A DNA stretch of 58,879 bases, the filler included, from Dugesia japonica (lineage: Eukaryota): assembly GCA_001938525.1 (NCBI GenBank). It is 6 parts of 6 records of this genome, joined end to end, with 100 filler letters (N's around TTAATTAATTAA, not from the genome) between each part and the next. Parts side by side here need not be neighbours in the genome. Positions count along the whole stretch, not along the records: positions 10,711 to 19,369 come from MQRL01646551.1; positions 19,470 to 28,552 come from MQRL01646512.1; 4 more parts are not named here. One strand, written 5' to 3'. The notes below the pieces were generated by a model, which worked only from the letters and a program-made list of their open reading frames with translations, was not told where the DNA came from and did not search any database. Numbering within the stretch: the stretch's first letter is position 1; every line of letters starts with the position of its first letter. The translations under genes were made by a program, and so were the position numbers. This document shows, piece by piece, positions 13,701 to 24,080 of the stretch.

Positions 13701-15217
13701 GAAAATTAGAATTATTATAAAACAAAACAAAAATATTTGATCGAAGCTTTCATTTTAATGAAATATATTATTTTACAATTGAAATTATTGTGGGAATAAT
13801 TGTTGGACTTAACCATTGATCGTTTTATAGAATTCATTTAAAATAAAAGCTTCGATCAAAATTTTTGTTTTATTTTTATTGATATTTGATAACAACTCGA
13901 TATTTCGACCTTGTCTTCGTCAGGAAGTGACTTTTTGAAAAGTAAATTCCTGACGAAGACAAGGTCGAAATATCGAATTGTTATCAAATATCAATAAAAA
14001 TAAAACAAAAATCTTGATCGAAGCTTTCATTTTAATGAAATATATTATTTTACAATTGAAATTATTGTGGGAATACTAGTTGGACATAACCATTGATCGT
14101 TTTATAGAATTCATTTAAAATAAAAGTTTCGATAAAAATTTTTGTTTTATTTTTATTGATATTTTATAATAATTCGATATTTCGACCTTGTCTTGAAAAA
14201 GTAAATTCCTGACGAAGACAAGGTGTAAATATCGAATTGTTATCAAATATCAATAAAAATAAAACAAAATTTTTGATCGAAGGTTTTATTGGAAATATTA
14301 TATTTAAAACGTAAAATAATTTTGAGAAATTTTTATTGAAATTTAAAATTGATTAAAAAAAAGAATTCATTTAAAATAAAAAGTGAAATATATTATTTTA
14401 CAATTGAAATTATTGTGGGAATAATTGTTGGACTTAACCATTGATCGTTTTATAGAATTCATTTAAAATAAAAGCTTCGATCAAAATTTTTGTTTTATTT
14501 TTATTGATATTTGAATTTATCAAAGACTAAGTCGAAATATCGAATTGTTATCAAATATCAATAAAAATAAAACAAAATTTTTGATCGAAGGTTTTATTGG
14601 AAATAATTATATTTTAAACGTAAAATAATTTTGAGAAATTTTTATTGAAATTTAAAATTGATTATAATTCCGAAAATGCCGGAGTTTTCGCGACCAAAAT
14701 TCGACCAGAATTGCAATCCTTACACATAAAATAAAAAATTTCAATTTTCGCTGTCGTATTTTTTCCTCTTTTCGTTGCAATTAATATCGACTTGGGAATG
14801 ATTTTAGATTTACCATTGGTTTTCTACGAAGCTTCATATGACGANATGGATTGGCAAACCAGTAAAGAAGCGGTCAATGATTATGTTGAAGATATCCAGA
14901 ACCTTTGGGTTTCTTATCAAACAAAGTTCACCACTTTGCTCTATATTTCCACATAAAATTATTCTATTTCAGACAGACAATATTGAAATTATTCTTGGAC
15001 GAAATCAATCTGAAACACTCCTCAGGTAAAATGATTTGGAATGAAAGAAAAATTTACAAAATTTCCAGATATCGAAAAAGTTTCTCTAGTCAATGCTATT
15101 AGCACTGATATTAAAGCTGACAAATGGAAGCCTCTTCTCAAAAGACCGAAAGAACTCACACTAAAAGAGAAATTAAACAATCACAGTAATAAAAAGCTGA
15201 AAGATTTTAATGAATAA
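10711..15217 (+). CDS. PUS3: tRNA pseudouridine(38/39) synthase, TruA family (5'-partial); exons 10711-10781, 10826-10886, 10931-11064, 11119->11310 (runs into gap), 14808-14925, 14973-15025, 15069-15217
   Basis: Spliced translation LNKVLPKDIRILAWSPVDEDFSARFNSIGRSYKYFFP...LIGSHDFRNFC...SSFIYHQIRC...KPFYQMA..DLPLVFYEASYD.MDW...KWKPLLKRPKE; GT-AG introns of 44, 44, 54, 47 and 43 bp keep frame; ~3.5-kb intron after exon 4. Confidence 0.92.
13628..13662 (-). ncRNA. Minimal type-I hammerhead ribozyme
   Basis: Minus strand acUUC-CUGACGA-A-GAC aaa GUC-GAA-AAUU-A^GAAuu; stem I only 3 contiguous bp. Confidence 0.72.
13679..13713 (+). ncRNA. Minimal type-I hammerhead ribozyme
   Basis: AAUUC-CUGACGA-A-GAC aaa GUC-GAA-AAUU-A^GAAUU: 5-bp stem I, 3-bp stem II, palindromic helix III, predicted cut after 13708. 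Confidence 0.82.
13894..13928 (-). ncRNA. Minimal type-I hammerhead ribozyme
   Basis: Minus strand acUUC-CUGACGA-A-GAC aag GUC-GAA-AUAU-C^GAGuu. Confidence 0.7.
13945..13979 (+). ncRNA. Minimal type-I hammerhead ribozyme
   Basis: AAUUC-CUGACGA-A-GAC aag GUC-GAA-AUAU-C^GAAUU; predicted cut after 13974 (AUC triplet). Confidence 0.85.
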
Positions 15218-15450
15218 ATTTTGACTTAATTTTTATTGTAATTAATTAATTAGAATTTTTTAATTAAATTTTTTTTTCATTATTTTAATAATTAAATTCA
15301 TAATTTTTTAAAAATTTTGTATTTAAATTTTTTAAATTTACATTCAAAAAATTTTAAAAAAAGCATTATTTTTGAAAAACACATTTTCTGTGAGGTTTAG
15401 TAATCTTAATCTTACTTATTAATTATCAATTTATTAAATTTCCTTTTACA

Positions 15451-15647
15451 CCTCTTCTCAAAAGACCGAAAGAACTCACTAAAAGAGAAATTAAACAATC
15501 ACAGTAATAAAAAGCTGAAAGATATTTATGAATAAATTTTGACTTAATTTTTATTGTAATTAATTAATTATAATTTTTTTCATTATTTTAATAATTAAAT
15601 TCATAATTTTTTAAAAATTTTGTTTTTAAATTTTTTAAATTTACATT
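15451..15647 (+). repeat. Local duplication of the PUS3 last-exon end and 3'UTR
   Basis: Near-identical to 15131-15345, with a 2-nt deletion (GAACTCACACTAAAAG vs GAACTCACTAAAAG). Confidence 0.9.
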
Positions 15648-15802
15648 NNNNNNNNNNNNNNNNNNNNNNNNNNNNNNNNNNNNNNNNNNNNNNNNNNNNN
15701 NNNNNNNNNNNNNNNNNNNNNNNNNNNNNNNNNNNNNNNNNNNNNNNNNNNNNNNNNNNNNNNNNNNNNNNNNNNNNNNNNNNNNNNNNNNNNNNNNNNN
15801 NN

Positions 15803-17105
15803 TAATTAATTAAAATTTTTTTCATTATTTTAACACTTAAATTCATAGTTTTACATTTAAAAAAATTAATTATGCTTTCTATTCTATACACTGTGACACA
15901 TTTCCTATCAGGTTTAGGGTATTTCCACTGAAACCGTTGAAATAATTTTTAAAAATCATGTAGCACATCTTTTACACCAGAGGTGCGCAACTTAGTAATT
16001 TTTTAATAAAATTTTTTTTCATTATTTTACCATTTAAATTCGTAATTTTTAAAAAAAAATTTTGTTTAAAATTTACATTAAAAAATAAATGATGCACTCT
16101 ATTGGTGGAAATAAGCATACGCTGTTACACATTTTTCTACGAGATTTAGTTTAGGTAACTCCCACTAGGACCGCTGAAGTAATTTTTAAAAATCATGTAG
16201 CTCATGTTACACTAGGTGTTCACAACTTAAGCTATTTTTTGTAATTAATTAAAATTTTTTTCATTATTTTAACTCTTAAATTCATAATTTTTCATTTTAC
16301 ATTAAAAAAATTAATTATGCTTTCTATTCTAATCATGTAGCTCATGTTAACACCAGGTGTTCGCAACTTTAGCTATTTTTTGTAATTAATTAATTTTCAT
16401 TATTTTAACACTTAAATTCATAATTTTTTATTTTACATTAAAAAATAAATGATGCTTTCTATTCGGGGAAATAAACATTGTGAAATCGCTTTGACACATA
16501 TCCTACCAGGTTTAGTTTAGGGTATTTCCACTGAAACTTGAAATAATTTTTAAAAATCATGTAGCACATATTTTACACCAGAAGTGCGCAACTTAGTTAT
16601 TTTTTATAATTTTTTAACTAAAATGTTTTTCATTATTTTAACACTTAAATTCGTAATTTTTAAAAAAAATTTTAATTTCAAATTTACATTAAAAACTAAA
16701 TGATGCACTCTATTGGTGGAAATAAACATACGCTGTTACACATTTTTCTACGAGGTTTAGTTTAGGTAATTCCCACTAGCACCCCTAAAATAATTTTTAA
16801 AAATCATGTAGCTCATGTTACAGTAGGTGTTCACAACTTAAGCTATTTTTTGTAATTAATTAATTAGAATTTTTTCATTATGTTGATGTTTGAATGCACG
16901 ATTCTTTCCTTTTACTTTAAAAATAAACGGTGGGTTTCTATTGCATATATCATTTAATTTCACCAAAAGTTCATATAACTGATGCCGTCTATTTGTGAAA
17001 TACTGGAAAAAAAACACTACATACGCTGTTACACATTTTCTACGGGGTTTAAGTAAGATAACTCCCACTACATCTACTGAAATAATTTGTAAAAACCATG
17101 TAGTA
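15803..17105 (+). repeat. Tandem array of ~140-245 bp units in two subtypes
   Basis: About six units sharing TTTTCATTATTTTAACACTTAAATTCATAATTTT...AAAAATCATGTAGC...CAACTTA. Confidence 0.85.
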
Positions 17106-17554
17106 ACTTTAGCTAATGACGACAGCATAGAATAATTTTTTTTACAACAGCTATAGTATTACAGCATATATGAATTATTAATTGTATCTAATCTAATCTT
17201 ATTTCAATTGTGAATTCATTTCTAATTATTTCAATGTTTAAAATTGTCAATGGTTTTCATGTTAAAAATGATTTTACATATTTTCTGTGGACGTGTTCAG
17301 TGTAGTTTTATTTGTTTTTACAAAATTATTTTCAGATTTTTCCTGATTATTTCTATAACATTTAACTATTCAGAGGTTTCTCAACCTTTATACGTTGTTT
17401 TATTAAAGTTTCTTTGTCATTTTGATGTGTTGATTGGTTAAAATGTTTTTTTACTAGATTTATTTTATTTGCCTGGAGTGTGAGAATAGTTTCCAAATGT
17501 TTAATGTTTAAAAAGTTATAATGTTCCTTGGCTTTTATAAATGATAAAATGAAA

Positions 17555-17950
17555 TGATATTAGATGCTAGTTTTGAGCCATTAGAGTAGTTTTAAGCCAA
17601 GTTTAAACGACAGGTTAAAACGAGCAATAGCTTATGGTTCTCACAAGTTAAATGATCACAAAAAAAATATTGTGTAACTTCCAAAGACATTTTGGCATTG
17701 CTCTATTTCATAGAGTATTAAAAGCATTATACCCGAAAAAAATTAGAGCAAGAACAGATCATAAAACTCTGACATTTATGACGAAGACGAGTGAGCATAT
17801 TACTTCGCTATTCTAAACAAGGATTACAAATTTAGTAGAATTTAATTTTGATCTAGAATTCAGAAAACAAGCAGCGTATGGGAATGTTGATGGACTTACA
17901 AGAATAGGCGAAAGCTGCTGTTCAGAATTACAGACGTCAAGATGCTAAGG
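17555..17950 (+). mobile_element. Ty3/gypsy RNase H remnant
   Basis: LDASF, RAIAYGSHKL...YCVTSKDILAL, RTDHKTLTFM, FDLEFRKQAAYGNVDGLTR across frameshifts. Confidence 0.85.
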
Positions 17951-18184
17951 TGTAAACGGAAATCTAATAAATTGATAATTAATAAGTAAGATTTAAATTA
18001 GGCGAGTATCATGTGAAACGAACCCGAACCAAAGGGTTGCGAGTCTGTACTCGAGCTACGAGTCAAGGGCTTCATCCCGAAGATCTGAATTTTTTGGGGA
18101 CACCAGATTAAATTCTTCGAGGGGTTTTATTTGGACAACTACCCTAGATTTTGTCTACTCACTTAGATAAAATCCCAACAATTA

Positions 18185-18390
18185 TAATTTAAAATAAAAG
18201 CTTTGATCAAAATTTTTTGTTTTTATTTTTATTGATATTTGATAACAATTTGATTTTTCGAATTGTTATTAAATATCAATAAAAATAAAACAAAAAATTT
18301 TGATCGAAGCTTTTATTTTAAATGAATTCTGTAAAACGATCAATGGTTATGTCCAACAATTATTCTCACAATAATTGCAATTGTAAAAAA
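18185..18390. mobile_element. Palindromic PLE pLTR pair lacking the hammerhead core
   Basis: Inverted repeat centred at ~18259; same family as 13511-14660. Confidence 0.85.
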
Positions 18391-18599
18391 TAATAATAAT
18401 AAAATTAATAATAATAGTTAGGATAGAAGATTCTTCCATAATACTTATTTATTAAAATTCAAAAACAACATACCTGAATAAACTAATTTTTACAATTAAA
18501 ATAATATTAATAATTTTCTCAATTATTAAAATGAAATTATATGCATGAATATAAGTGATTTATATCTACTTTCCTCTCTTCAAATTTTGAATTTCAATC

Positions 18600-19150
18600 T
18601 CCTTCAGCCATTCAAATTTTCTGGGTTTGGGCTTCCTTGCATGATCTATAAACATCTGTTATGAAGTTATGAATTTTGTTATTTGATATGGGTCTTCAGA
18701 TCTGAAACTGTCTTTCTTCAGCTTGTGTGAATCAACTTTTACAAATACTTCCTTCCCATCACTAAATTNTCTATATGTTCGTCTGACATATTCATATTTG
18801 CGTAATCTTTTAGCTGGTTCTTGTAAATTTCCCTTTTCTACTTGCTTAATTTTTACCATCTAAATTTTTTAGTTGTGGTAGCCCATGTAAAACTCTATTT
18901 CTTTCAAAGATTTTTTCGAAAGGAAATAATCCAGATTATTTCTGTAATGTCAAATTCATAGTAAATTGTATTTGAGATATTAATTTGTGGCAGTTTACTT
19001 CCGAGCATTCATCTTTTCTTGTTGTTACGACATTTATCAAATTTTTTTTATCTAATATTGTTTCTTTTAAACCAAACTCGTTTTCTCTTGGCATCTTGAC
19101 TATGTTTTTGTTACATCTAAATGCTTCGCTTTCTTTTCTGACGACAATTT
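18600..19150 (-). mobile_element. Probable Ty3/gypsy integrase C-terminal remnant
   Basis: FSDGKEVFVKVD...FRSEDPYQITKFIT resembles the GPY/F module; heavily decayed. Confidence 0.5.
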
Positions 19151-19369
19151 TTCAACTTCGAGTCTACTTGTCGCCATTTTTAATTTCAGTACCCAGTGTT
19201 TCACCCCAACAGTATTATAGTTTTTAAAATATTATCTGAGAAGACCATAGAAGAACAGAGAACAACCCATGAAAAATTATTTGAAATAATTGACCAAAGA
19301 GAAACGTTCTACAAGCAGGTAACAGATCATCAACAGAACTGGAAAACCAGAGCAGATGGAAATCTAAAT

Positions 19370-19469
19370 NNNNNNNNNNNNNNNNNNNNNNNNNNNNNNN
19401 NNNNNNNNNNNNNTTAATTAATTAANNNNNNNNNNNNNNNNNNNNNNNNNNNNNNNNNNNNNNNNNNNN
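19370..19469. other. Artificial 100-bp scaffold-joining spacer
   Basis: 44 N + TTAATTAATTAA + 44 N. Confidence 0.97.
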
Positions 19470-20439
19470 ATTTCAATTATTTTTATCATTGTTTTACCAT
19501 TGTCATATTTTCTGCAAATATGTAGGTGAATCTTATTTGTGACTGATTAATTTTTTATCGATGTAGCAATTGTATTATTCATTAAGGGCGTGAAGTTCAA
19601 TTAATTAAAAATATTTAAATTTTAAATTTTATTTATTTAAATTTATTTTAATTAATATAATTAATATAAACCACAATTATTTTGAGTTCACCCTCTTTGA
19701 TCGAAATGTTTTCATGGTTCTTCCTGTGAAGTGTCAAACGATAGCCTGTTTCTAATTATCATAAAAATATTTCTTTTATTTATGTGAGATTTACAAATTT
19801 AAATATAATATATAGAATTTTAATTAGTTTCAAAAATAATAATTTAATGATTTGAAATAAAAAATAGTTTAGATAAATTTCGAATATTGCATTTTACGTA
19901 TGATGAATCAATTTATCAGAAGATGACAAAATCCTTAAATCAATGTGTTGTTTCATTATTGTAATTTTTGTTTTTTCTTGTGTGAATTCTTTAAATAGAT
20001 ATATTTATCGGAAATTGGTTTTTCAATGAATTCTTTAAATCTAAGAAATAATAATTCTAACAATTTATAAACCTTATATTTCAATGAAATCTCAAATGTG
20101 ATCAGTAGTTAAGTCCAGTAATTATTCCAGCAATAATTGTAATTTGTAAAATAGATTTAACTCAATAAATATATTGATTTCAATCATATTCATAAAACGT
20201 CTATTACAAATATTTAGAATTCTTTCAAAGAGCTAAACTTTCGTTAAAAATTACAATTATTTCGCGAATAATTGTTTAATTTAGCTCATTTTTAAAATTT
20301 CATTAAAATTAAAATGCATTAATTAAAAATAATTATTAATGATTTTTAAAAATAGAAATTAATTCTAGACTATATTTTAATTTAATTAATAAGTTTAATT
20401 ACAAATCATATTTCCAATTCAAACTTGACTTTAGAATGA

Positions 20440-21120
20440 GACAAACAAGGTAACTGTATAAGCCCCGCACATTCAAGGGATTTCAAGATTAACAAAAATT
20501 ATTTTTAATAATTTTCTTCTCATAAATTATTCAACACGACTAAATCCAAAATAACAGCTTTCTAACATCATGTTCAATAGATGATTACAAGAAGTTTTTT
20601 GTTGATGAAAGTGATTTTAATCTTTATATACGAAGGAACTATAAAATAAAATGTTTGTAGAACAAATGTGCAGCATATAGTTCACACTATTACAAGACTT
20701 AATATTATTATTAATGGCAATTAATGAAGTTTCAGTGTTACATTTTAGGATTTCTGTCGATGAATGCAATAGTGAGAATCTTTCTCAATTGCTGATTAAA
20801 TTACATAGTAAGACGATTAAAGAATTTAAGATTGCTGACGATATAATCTTTACAAGTGATGTTAGAGTTTACAGGCACTGCTTATGAAACGAAGCAAAGC
20901 CTTTGAAACAGGACATGCTTAATGTCTCCATGTTAAATCCAATTGGATATTCCTTTAGTAAAATCTAAACATCATTCAGGAGTTTACTAGAACAACATTT
21001 TAATGATCCTGTTTAATGAATACCTGCAGAAATATCACCTATCACGTTAGAAAATTGGTCTACGAGGTAGATGTTAATTAGAAGCGATTGTGACTAATAT
21101 AGAATTACATTAATGTGTTC
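20440..21120 (+). mobile_element. Tc1/IS630-like transposase remnant
   Basis: FFVDESDFNLYIRRNY (first catalytic D region) and SPMLNPIGYSFSKI (SPxLNPIE motif); many stops. Confidence 0.78.
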
Positions 21121-22140
21121 AAATGTTTCATAAATAACTATTTTGTTATATTATTTATTTATTGAATAATTACTAGGTTTTTCTCAATATTTAAATACAA
21201 TAAAAATCCAAGTGACGAAAGAAAACATTTATTTTCATTTTATATTATTTAACTGAAGTCATTTTAATCATGAATAAAAACGTAATTTAATTTATAATAT
21301 TCATTGGTTTTACTATTAATATCTTACAAAAAATTTTATTTTTTTGATTATTAAAAAAGATTACGGTTTGATATTTAATGCCAAAATATCAATGTCGATT
21401 GTTGGACGTAAAATCAATGAGTTCACCTTAATTTTGTAATAAGACCCATTTTGAGACAAAATCTTGTTTGACAAAGCATAAATTAAATTATCACTCACCT
21501 AGAAAATATTTTCAATCGTAAAATATTGAAATTTCATTTTTTATTTAATTATTTAAACGGAAATGATATTTTGTTTGTTTCTTAATATTAATTTTCGATT
21601 TGTCGAAAGATTTTAAATAGAAATGCAAACTTAATTTTTTTTAGTCAAAAGTTATCAATCTATCTATTTATATATTTATACAAAACAGATTTAGATATTA
21701 TTTCCAGGTGTTTAATCGTTTTTGCAATAATTTTCTCAGGTGTCTAAAAACGGTTGAATACAAAATAAATACCAATGTATTTATATGGATTTGTATCAAT
21801 CAACTTTAGAATATCTTCACCCTTGATGCTGATCTGAACAAGGGAATGATTCTCAGAACACTAGGGATAAGAAAATTTGTCTATGCAAAAGTCCATGACG
21901 ACCAGCTAGCAACTGTCACTGCGACATCAAGCATATACTAAAATGCAGCTTCGGATGATGCAACAAGAGCGACATTTCTTACTCAACTTTGTAAGCTCTA
22001 TCCGTTGATATAGTTTTGACAGATTATTTAAAATTTATTGTATTTTCTTCAGACCATTTTGTAAATTTTAGAATACAAAAATCATTTACAAACCGTTATA
22101 TTTGACAGTTGATACCTAGTTGTACTTATAATAATTATAC

Positions 22141-22201
<61 letters not shown>

Positions 22202-22274
22202 NNNNNNNNNNNNNNNNNNNNNNNNNNNNNNNNNNNNNNNNNNNNNNNNNNNNNNNNNNNNNNNNNNNNNNNNN

Positions 22275-22342
<68 letters not shown>
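22141..22342 (+). repeat. (ATT)n microsatellite with gap
   Basis: Pure ATT runs either side of Ns. Confidence 0.98.
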
Positions 22343-22344
<2 letters not shown>

Positions 22345-23324
22345 GGTGGTTTCGAAATCTAAATAAAAACAGTTTAAAAAAGTTAGTCATAAATATTTAT
22401 TAACATGATTTATTTATTTACATATGCAAAATCTTTGTTTAATTATAAATTATAAAAATGAATTATTTTTAAAAAGTATGCGAAATAACCAGTGACGTAT
22501 GTAAAAGCACATCATAATTCCATTATAAATATTTTAACCAGATTTTCGCATTTCTACAGAATAAATGTATTCGTTATTAAAGATTATAATAAAACATTAA
22601 GCCAATTACTAAAATAAGTTAATATTCAAATGATAAATAATAACAAATAATAACTAATAACAAATGAATAATAAATAACAAAAAATAAAAAAATATTCAT
22701 TAAATATCAAAATTGAATATTTATAAAATCTCTTATCTAGTAGCATAAAAATTATTTAAATCCATAAAAAACACTACAGCTGGATTTAGTTTTTTTATTA
22801 TCTTTTTAGAGATTTCACGATATTGATTAGTATGTCATCAAAATCTGAGTTATTGTTAAATAATTTAGAATTTTTGAAATTAATGCAAAGACCACGTGGT
22901 GAAAATAAAATACCGTGTACTTCTTATGATTAAAAACAATTAATTTAATTTTATTATCAATTAATATTTATTAATTTATTTTTAGTTAACTCACAAATTA
23001 AACTAAATATTACAGTTAAACAAAGGAAACTATTAAGCAAATAATTTATCATGAATAATATGATAACACACATAATAGATAAAACATTAAATCTAATTAA
23101 ATATGCCAAATTTATTGCATTTTTTTGTAAAACTACAAAAATAGAAGAAACCTCAATAACTATTTAAAAAATATTTCGCTATGGCTGCATTTCTATACTT
23201 AACAAAAAGCTTACTTAAATTATTTTTAAAAATAAAATTGTCATAGTTTAAAAATTCTCATTATAATCACATATGTAATTAATTAGTAATTAAAATTCTA
23301 AACTAATCAATATATTTCATTAGA

Positions 23325-24080
23325 TTAAAAGCATCGATCAAAATTTTGTTTTGTTTCTTTTTATTTCTTTTTTGGTAGTTATCCAAATTTTCGAAAATTT
23401 TCTTCTTCAGGGACTTTTTGATTGATTAGAATAATTAACAAAATAATAATTATATCCAAAACGCAAGCACATTTGGGTATCCAATTACAGAAACCAAGAC
23501 AAAACTTTTTTGGTCCCAAATGCATTTGTGATGGTAGAAATATATACAATAAGACAAATATCATTTATAAAATACACGCACCTTATGTAAGGATACATAA
23601 ATAGGTGAAACATGCAGAACCATTCAAACAAAAATTAAGGAACATCTCAAACAGAAAGAAAGTCTTCAAACATTTTTAACACACAAAAAATTTCATCAGA
23701 ACAACATCACATACCATGAAAAACATTAACAGTCTACATCTCTACAATTCGCAGGAAGAAACAAGAAGAAATTTTAATCAAAGAAGTAAATCTAAAATCA
23801 ATGTGGTTTATAATAATTATAATAATTATAATAATTAAAATAAATTATTCTAAATTATCCAAAAGAATTTCAATAAAATTAAAATAAGTTTGTGAATTAT
23901 TCTAATAATGGTTAAATTAATCAAAAAAATAAAGACAATAGTCGAAAATTCAAATAACTAACACAAATAAAATAAAATATAAACAAAACAACATTTTGGT
24001 CGAAGCTATTAATTTAATAATATCTGAAATGTGATCATTAGTTAGGTCCAACAATTATTCTCACAATAATTGTAGTTGCA
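23325..24080 (+). mobile_element. 5'-truncated Penelope-like element: inverted 5' pLTR + GIY-YIG endonuclease remnant + 3' pLTR
   Basis: KTNIIYKI/RTLCKDT*IGETCRTIQTKIKEHLKQKES (~23550-23665); decayed direct pLTR at ~23930-24080; inverted pLTR with hammerhead at 23325-23414. Confidence 0.88.
23381..23414 (-). ncRNA. Minimal hammerhead ribozyme, divergent variant
   Basis: Minus strand GUCC-CUGAAGA-A-GAA aauu UUC-GAA-AAUU-U^GGAU; stems I and II differ in sequence from the other copies but still pair. Confidence 0.7.

Larger units (their letters stand above)
13511..14660. mobile_element. Tandem array of four palindromic Penelope-like terminal-repeat (pLTR) units
   Basis: Four ~270-340 bp units, each an inverted pair of the same repeat (GATCGAAGCTTT, AACCATTGATCG, hammerhead core); the same repeat flanks the GIY-YIG remnant at 23325-24080. 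Confidence 0.85.

Noticed and set aside
14838-15102. Separate small ORFs listed in the ORF track
   Set aside because: They are partial or wrong-frame readings of PUS3 exons 5-7
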